A stretch of DNA of 64,000 bases from Lentisphaerota bacterium (lineage in GTDB: Bacteria > Verrucomicrobiota > Kiritimatiellia > UBA8416 > JAIOPI01): positions 4,585 through 68,584 of the forward strand of contig JAIOPI010000019.1 in assembly GCA_021413965.1 (NCBI GenBank), in the 5' to 3' direction. Positions 59,901 to 64,000 of the stretch are shown one piece after another; position 1 is the stretch's first letter; each line of letters opens with the position of its first letter. Made by a program: the position numbers and the translations under genes. The notes under the pieces were generated by a model. The model worked only from the letters and a program-made list of their open reading frames with translations. It ran no database searches and had not been told where the DNA came from.

Positions 59901-60470
59901 GTAGTCGAACGACCCCTTCAGCCCGGCCGTGCTGGTGGCGCTGCCGTCGGACTTGCGCGCGATGCCGAAGTCGATCAGCCGAACGTGCCCGTCCCGCGTG
60001 AGGAAGATGTTGTGCGGCTTCAGGTCGCGGTGGATGAAGCCCAGCTGGCAGGCATAGATCAGGGCGTCGAGGGTTTGCTGGGTCACGGAGCGCACCAGGT
60101 CCCAGGGCAGCCCGCGGGGATGCTTGGCAAGCGTGTCCTTGAGTTCCTCGCCGTCGAGGTACTCCATGACGAGGCAGCGCGCTTCGTCCCACTCACCGGC
60201 GCGCCACACGAACGAGTCGCGATAGCGCACGATATTGGGGTGTGTCAGGGCCTTGAGAATCTCGATCTGCCGGATGAAGCGGGAGTCCTTGGAGCTTTCC
60301 TCGCCGGCCTCGGCACGCCCCTTCTTGAGCGCCACGGTCTCCCCGTACGCGACGTTGGGATTGGAGCGGGAGATGCAGGTGGCTTGATACACATCCCCCT
60401 GGGCGCCTTTCCCGATGAGATCGAGGATCTCATAGTCGCCAATGATATTCTTTGCGGAGGATTCTGCCAT
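53901..60470 (-). CDS. Membrane Hanks-type Ser/Thr kinase with kinase-kinase-pseudokinase domains and a large ectodomain (2189 aa)
   Basis: GKGAQG/VALK/HRDLKPHN/DFG; GRGGFG/VALK/HRDIKPGN/DLG/GTPDYMAPE; degenerate third domain; Pro-rich linker; TM; PEGA-like segment. Confidence 0.92.
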   Translation of the reverse strand: MAESSAKNIIGDYEILDLIGKGAQGDVYQATCISRSNPNVAYGETVALKKGRAEAGEESSKDSRFIRQIEILKALTHPNIVRYRDSFVWRAGEWDEARCLVMEYLDGEELKDTLAKHPRGLPWDLVRSVTQQTLDALIYACQLGFIHRDLKPHNIFLTRDGHVRLIDFGIARKSDGSATSTAGLKGSFDYMAPDWVKLGNNFSGDEKSDIFSFGVVFFQILTGKLPFPPLGDNAMIGYVQRWHSGEAPRIKTDLPGLQVLNGAPTFIRTCLHASRDDRYQTFEQVLREFKKIERRVIRQDDSDEVYELLEFIGRGGFGEVYKAQRRSNGEIVALKRLTAESQVDRFLREARVLQQYTHPHIVLFRDFVKGRLGTEEQHFLVLEYLDGMPEFTLRGRIRQSRTGMDLTEALELFVNYLKALHHLHVHGIIHRDIKPGNLYSPAGHPERAKIFDLGIARDVSGTMTGGQVPGTPDYMAPEFAQSGKDRGSAQSDLYSMGLCFYEALTGESPLPRLADGPSGWMEFIGRSQKPAVLPFTHPIFQTIPVLKDVTSRSLAWKPEQRFPSAEAMSQAIEQVLGSLVQGRETYFIDATLRRDDIGALLRARRLRDGRVVLIRQAQGAIDAKLFHERAGNLAQIQHKLLVTYLDHAWRAREQGQAALYLVTDFDERFYQTSPKTVFPKPNTLQRADLAQVLELFASLADLLVDLHGEGLRATLLSAESLFLTAADGAGLKWLDWGVAHAFEGSPGSSLEGRPSPIWELTRKADTRSLALAMRDIVGGGPSGAAGREGLRRTLPLDKRFPNLARLLERATSASAAEQLDPTAFAAALRDAEILLMWDDEQARLAAERRATAAAAAPAVDEEAEAKTMALPVYDEPKTMALQPPVSEGETMAMPAFDEATMRKIIEDARAKEAVAEAARGAAPAPPVAEAPKPVVEAPKPAVEPAKPPAPDETVQIKPAAKPAHVSKPAPEPEKPREPAKPAEAPKPAPLPEPAPAAPAAKPEPKPAPAPKPAAKPEPAPKPEPAPKPQPKPVPEPKPAPAPKPEKPPKPAKPPRPPIKIPWKPIGIAAAAVVVIVVAVVLARWLPQRAFESGLAKFLATAPQPEAAYVTELNQTLEAIQARALKEPGEPRWKAVTEQLNKQGLQVAAAFSNNFATAISAQNRDAAAKVLDAWKLARPAPVAADAHERASAAMAAALGKLDLALTVRALTQKIPVTVAAKDVPGLEALSSELNAQNGKIWPGIAAADRDAAFRPVTEQLRTRFTAYLAQQSTTPTPESYKALTALRTTAPGLVTLAGPEFDRLAALAESKLGALVMADRIAGIETRAKAATTPELLTALLKDYTGVRDAAGTNRPAVEARLKSAVAGAFTRITGSQTESARRHYQELDMTAGDADRDALRALNTAMRAVHADAAADAALADVDKARAASTDRLSHVTTSLGTLKTLAGATDAAGLGKAAEECVALANTERALLDTPSIRPLWATVGEAFTNSCGRLLSTLTPTPGSVAVVDSLEKSLRRAAETRIFSEENYQAMLQQVRATRDGLTAGLRDSRVAALQGELARVQGEVAGADARALSNIVARVAAMQQTYTDIWSGAGTAKALQQIGAGLGTKVQALAAERDPVETRQARLQALRAVADGAARLFAEPGKAMLAELDKQQRLFCLRVVNQSGQPVVINSGSQKWGECAAGTKQLLDVAATASAKVDVRLDSGKRGYVSQTKTVALVPGGGAELAVGAFETAPVSVTVNVPAVAEPGQPPVAGVRYAAKGTTTFTPVRSGEALKLQPGAWQFQFMRPDYDAITRELALNIGDDARQVEGPAASEWKPKATRQTLDQVATAWQRRDMQALYTLFSAPTPSFEWPGHTSQYTNLYATWMQSLTASLTNDLQRANAQIQNYLAYLYQVADPAVDNSPRRFKERDSQPKIAFTLPAVPKALESQTVVADYPRLRVWADAAAGGLDESKFGSVAEELRAVGQKMIKESPRAGQQALFEAVLLGWADSGMGAVNTTWAVPEQYRWQAHIQFIPTDEGSIGTLDDLVRYHTGGGTLDAYDLNLALCQAGKLLNNFVVACQDAEKTGQVVDGGRLVNDRELAVRRAYEHHAQAARAVVQALGKLLTDAPPAAVRQSLAYLKQNQDSAEIAMAAACVGSRAPLQTTGLGTAILADAGLKTRVEALADKTRHVQGMLDLR
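57290..57710 (-). repeat. Pro-Lys/Pro-Glu/Pro-Ala low-complexity repeats in the kinase linker
   Basis: KPEPKPAPAPKPAAKPEPAPKPEPAPKPQPKPVPEPKP. Confidence 0.8.
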
Positions 60471-60503
60471 GACCGCGTTACGTGTGCCGGCTGCCGCGCG
60501 CCG

Positions 60504-62564
60504 TTACCGCCCCATCTTGGCTTTTAGCTTCGGGAGTACGGCGTGCACCTGCTCCAGCACGTCGAAGGTGATCCGGCGTAATTCAGCCTGACGGCCCGCG
60601 TCCTTGGATTCAAGCAAGACGGTCGCCTGGCCGGCGGCCGCCGCGAGGTCGTCGAGCACGGGGGAGACCTCATCATCCGGGAAATTGCTCCATACGTCGC
60701 CGACGGCGCGCGGGATGCCAGCCTCGGCCTCGACCAGGCGCTGAATGGCCGCAGTGCGGTAGGCGCCCACTCGCCGAATCAAATCCGTGGCCTGCGCCTG
60801 TGTATCCGGTCCTGCCGAGCCCGTCGGCGGTTGCTCGCTCAGCCAGGCGTCCATCCGGTCGAGGCCCGCCGTCCAGAGGCGCAACTCGCTCTCGATCAGC
60901 CCCGGCAGCGTGGTGTCGCCGGAGCGCGTGAATTCGGCCAGCTCGGGCAGCACCGGCATGAGGCTCTGCAGACGGGCCGCGTCGCGCCGGCCCTCGCGGA
61001 CGAAGTCCTGCACCTGCTTGACGGCAGGGTCCACCTGCAGCGCCGTCGTCGAGGTCGACGAGGTGGTGGACGTGGTCGTGCTCGTGCTCGACGTCGTGGT
61101 GCGCGGCGCCGTGGTCGTCGTTGACGTGGTCGAGGTGCTCGTCGTGGGTCGGGCCGACGTGGTGGTCGAGGTCGTCGACGTCGTCGTCCGCCGTGCGGAG
61201 GTGCTGGTGGAGGTCGTGGACGAGGTGGTGGTGCGCAGCGCCGAGGTCGTCGTGCTCGACGACGAGGTGCTGGACGTGACCGCGATCCGCGGGGCGCTGG
61301 TCGAGGAGGTGGTCGACGACGTTGTGGTTGAGCTTGTGGACGTGGTCACCGGCCGCGTGGTCGTGGTCGGCTTGGGCGATGCGATCTTGGTCACCTCCTG
61401 GGTGGACGCGACGGCGACGGGTGGTGTCGACGAAGGCGTGGCGGTAACCGGCGCGTGCGTGCCGACGACGCCGTCGCCGCGCAGCTTCCAGACGAGGGCC
61501 AGAATGCCGATCATCAGCGCCACCGCGATGCCGCCCCCGATCATGCCCCACGGCAGCGACTTGGCGGAAGCCGGGGGGGTGATGGCGGCGGCCGCCGCGG
61601 CGGCTGCCGGCGTGGGCGTCACCGGTCTGGCGGTCCGTTCGGCCCGCGGCGGAGGTGTGCTGGGCGTTGCCGCGCGTGCGGAACCCGCACGGTCATCCGT
61701 GGGCGTCTCGCGGTCGCCGCGCTCCGCGGTATCCCGATCCTCTTGCACCGGTGCAGGCCGTGGAGCCGGCGCCGGCACGACCGGCGTAGGGGGCTCCGCA
61801 TCGTCCGCGCTTGCGGGCGGCAGCTTGCCCACGCGAACCAGGACGACGGTGATGTTGTCGTCACCGCCGGCCTTGTTGGCCTCCTCGATCAGCGCCCGCG
61901 CCAGCGGCATGAGCTCCCCGCCCAGGTGTTTCTCGATGACCTTGGCGATCAGGCGGTCGTTGACCATGCGGCTGAGCCCGTCTGAACAGATCAGGTACAG
62001 GTCGCCTTCTCGCACATCCGTCGGCGTCTGTTCGAGCTCCGCGGTATCCTGCAGCCCGACGGCGCGCGTGATGACGTTGCGGAACATTGCGGGCAGGGCT
62101 TTCTCGTCGGTCACCCCGGCCATATTCGCCACGGAATGGTCGCGGGTCACCTGCTCCAGCTTGCCGCCGCGAAAGCGGTACAGGCGACTGTCTCCGGCGT
62201 GGCAGGCCACGGCGCGCGACGGCTGCTCAGCCGAGAACGCAATGAGGACACAGGTGGTGCCGGTTCCCTTGTTGCCGCGATCTTCGGCCCGCTGCTTGAT
62301 CCAAGTGCTGGCCTTGTTGACGGTGGCCTGCAACAGGGCCAGTTTCTGGCCCATGCGCATGTCCGGGGTGGCGCCCTTCTCAAAGGCCTGCTCAAGGTGC
62401 TCGACCAGGGCGGCGCTGGCCACATCCCCTTCCGCCGCACCGCCCATGCCATCGGCCACGCAAAACACACCGAAGGCGGGCAGGCGGATCAGCGAATCTT
62501 CATTGTTCTTCCGCTTGCGGCCCTGATCGGTGAACTCCGCCGATTCCAGATATTCAAACGGCAT
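60504..62564 (-). CDS. Membrane-anchored PP2C (Stp1/PstP-like) Ser/Thr phosphatase with a Thr/Ser-rich stalk
   Basis: R.NNED, VADGMGG, GTT, HAGDSRLY, DHS, CSDGL and GGDDNIT motifs; TM. Confidence 0.92.
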   Translation of the reverse strand: MPFEYLESAEFTDQGRKRKNNEDSLIRLPAFGVFCVADGMGGAAEGDVASAALVEHLEQAFEKGATPDMRMGQKLALLQATVNKASTWIKQRAEDRGNKGTGTTCVLIAFSAEQPSRAVACHAGDSRLYRFRGGKLEQVTRDHSVANMAGVTDEKALPAMFRNVITRAVGLQDTAELEQTPTDVREGDLYLICSDGLSRMVNDRLIAKVIEKHLGGELMPLARALIEEANKAGGDDNITVVLVRVGKLPPASADDAEPPTPVVPAPAPRPAPVQEDRDTAERGDRETPTDDRAGSARAATPSTPPPRAERTARPVTPTPAAAAAAAAITPPASAKSLPWGMIGGGIAVALMIGILALVWKLRGDGVVGTHAPVTATPSSTPPVAVASTQEVTKIASPKPTTTTRPVTTSTSSTTTSSTTSSTSAPRIAVTSSTSSSSTTTSALRTTTSSTTSTSTSARRTTTSTTSTTTSARPTTSTSTTSTTTTAPRTTTSSTSTTTSTTSSTSTTALQVDPAVKQVQDFVREGRRDAARLQSLMPVLPELAEFTRSGDTTLPGLIESELRLWTAGLDRMDAWLSEQPPTGSAGPDTQAQATDLIRRVGAYRTAAIQRLVEAEAGIPRAVGDVWSNFPDDEVSPVLDDLAAAAGQATVLLESKDAGRQAELRRITFDVLEQVHAVLPKLKAKMGR
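61045..61380 (-). repeat. Thr/Ser-rich mucin-like repeats
   Basis: RTTTSSTTSTSTSA / RTTTSTTSTTTSA / RTTTSSTSTTTST units. Confidence 0.8.
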
Positions 62565-62674
62565 ATCCCCGCCCCCATTTCCAGCCGTACTACTATTGGC
62601 CGTTTACTGACGCGTTGGAAGACGGCCCTTGGCCGCATCTGCCGAGTGAGACAGGCCTAGCCGGCGGGCAATCT

Positions 62675-62702
62675 GCACTTGTAGGCACAGTCACACAAGT
62701 GC
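62675..62702. promoter_or_regulatory. Inverted repeat upstream of the PP2C gene
   Basis: GCACTTGT-N12-ACAAGTGC. Confidence 0.35.
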
Positions 62703-62736
62703 CAAGTCGGTCACCCTCGAAGGCTACAATTGTTCG

Positions 62737-64000
62737 TCAGCGTTTTGCCGTCACGGGCAACTGCCAGTACGACGGCATGATTTTGCTGGAGACGGCTCCA
62801 CCACCTATGACGATGCCGCGCTTCGCCTCGGGCGGCATCTCCGGATCGGCAGTCACCTCGGCCTGGCCATAGAGCACATAGTCGATCAAGCCCAGCGCCA
62901 CCGGTTCGCTGATGTTCATGTAGTTGTGCAAGAAATAGGGCGATCCGAAAATTCCCTGGCGCGACTTCAGTTCCGGCGTTTCCACCACGAAGGCTTCCGT
63001 GCGGAAGATCTCGCGCAAGACCGCGTCCGAGCCGCCCACCACCTGGTTGTTGAAGATGATCAAGCCCGGCAGCCGCCCGGCGTCGAATTCCGGGATTTCG
63101 CCAAACTTGTTGCCCGAGATCGTGCCGGTGGTCAGCACCCACACGAACCCGATGTCCGTATTGAAGTCATCGGGCGTCACGAACTGAAGGAAGCGTCCGG
63201 CGTTGATCTCGAGCGGATTCGTCCGCTCGCCAATCTGCTGCCCCTCAAGGGCCAACAGGTCGCCGGCGATGAAGTTCACCGGCCCGACGCCCGTGTCGTT
63301 GGCATCAAGAATGACCGCGCGCGGCGCCGAGAGGGACACGTCGCCCGAGCCGGAAACCAGGTTCACCAGAACCGGGCTTGCGCTGTCGTGCTGGAGATAC
63401 ACGTTGCGGCCGCTGATCTCATCCAGCAGCCCGACCTCGACGCGAATCCGGTCCTTGGCGCTGCCGATGTCGCCGCCCGCGGTGAGGATGAGATTGTCCG
63501 CGTTGATCAGCGATCCGTTATCCGAGACGCTGCCCCCGCGGAATTCGGCGTCGCCGGTATCGACGTTGCCCATCCCGATGTCGCCGTCGACTTCGGCCAA
63601 GACGTCGTCCGCCGTTAGGTCTTCGAATACGAAATCCCCGCCGCCCTGGAGTTTGAAGCTGCCGCCGACGTCGATCGTGTCGATTTCCATGTCACCGTCC
63701 ACGGTGAGATCGGCATCACCGCCCACATCAAGCGCGGCGCCAGTGTAGCCGCCGCCGATGTCCAGCGTGGCATCGCCGCCCGCGCGGACCGAACTGCCGG
63801 AGAGCGAGCCGCCCGACTTGAAGCTCAGGTCGTTGGCCGAGGTCAGGCCGCCGCGCAGCTGCTGGTTGAGCAGGGCCACGTTCGGGCCCGGTATGTCCGC
63901 CGGGACGAAGGGTGAAAGCACGCGCACCGGCACCGCCACCGGGCCAGAGGCGACGCTGCTGAGCTCCGAGATGTTGACGTTGCCGAGATCCACGGAGGTG
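62737..64000 (-). CDS. C-terminal part of a large filamentous-haemagglutinin-like beta-helix protein; start lies beyond the window
   Basis: Frame open to the window end; Gly/Asp-rich repeats (AGGDATLDIGG, VGGDADLTVDG, LTAGGDIGS). Confidence 0.7.
   Translation of the reverse strand, partial: TSVDLGNVNISELSSVASGPVAVPVRVLSPFVPADIPGPNVALLNQQLRGGLTSANDLSFKSGGSLSGSSVRAGGDATLDIGGGYTGAALDVGGDADLTVDGDMEIDTIDVGGSFKLQGGGDFVFEDLTADDVLAEVDGDIGMGNVDTGDAEFRGGSVSDNGSLINADNLILTAGGDIGSAKDRIRVEVGLLDEISGRNVYLQHDSASPVLVNLVSGSGDVSLSAPRAVILDANDTGVGPVNFIAGDLLALEGQQIGERTNPLEINAGRFLQFVTPDDFNTDIGFVWVLTTGTISGNKFGEIPEFDAGRLPGLIIFNNQVVGGSDAVLREIFRTEAFVVETPELKSRQGIFGSPYFLHNYMNISEPVALGLIDYVLYGQAEVTADPEMPPEAKRGIVIGGGAVSSKIMPSYWQLPVTAKR

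Noticed and set aside
61045-61380. Tandem DNA repeats resembling an array or CRISPR
   Set aside because: They are in-frame Thr/Ser codon repeats inside the PP2C CDS, with no constant repeat and unique spacer structure. The same holds for the Pro-rich repeats at 57290-57710.

Overview
GC-rich bacterial DNA. The gene content and the DxDGDG/'STN'-rich surface proteins suggest a diderm PVC-group organism, possibly Kiritimatiellota-like; this is inference only. 1-24.5 kb is mostly housekeeping and metabolism: two CNNM/CorC genes, a PUR-family protein, uxaC, a purine/allantoin catabolism cluster (allE-allC-uraD-uraH-allB), rlmN, ilvBN, a ThyX-like enzyme, an AGCS symporter, and GT9/GT-C/TMTC-like glycosyltransferases. 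24.7-41.2 kb is a complete but atypical Tad/Flp pilus locus: two Flp-like pilins, three pseudopilins, CpaB, a secretin, TadB/C, two CpaF ATPases (one FHA-fused) and two membrane FHA proteins, with no recognisable CpaE/TadZ. 41.3-51.3 kb is a stress-type gene block (cbpAM, DUF883, secreted caspase, entericidin, mlaEFDCA) whose promoters share a 19-bp motif found five times at a near-fixed distance from a -10 box. 51.4-64 kb holds a haemagglutinin-like gene end, a membrane PP2C, a 2189-aa kinase-kinase-pseudokinase and a Ca-binding surface protein. The best candidate for an undescribed system is a phosphothreonine/FHA-controlled Tad pilus. The octapeptide DEPKTMAL occurs both at the N-terminus of the FHA-less CpaF and in the kinase linker about 17.7 kb away, and related acidic-Thr-hydrophobic motifs stud the FHA proteins. 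No tRNA, rRNA, CRISPR array or transposase was recognised.
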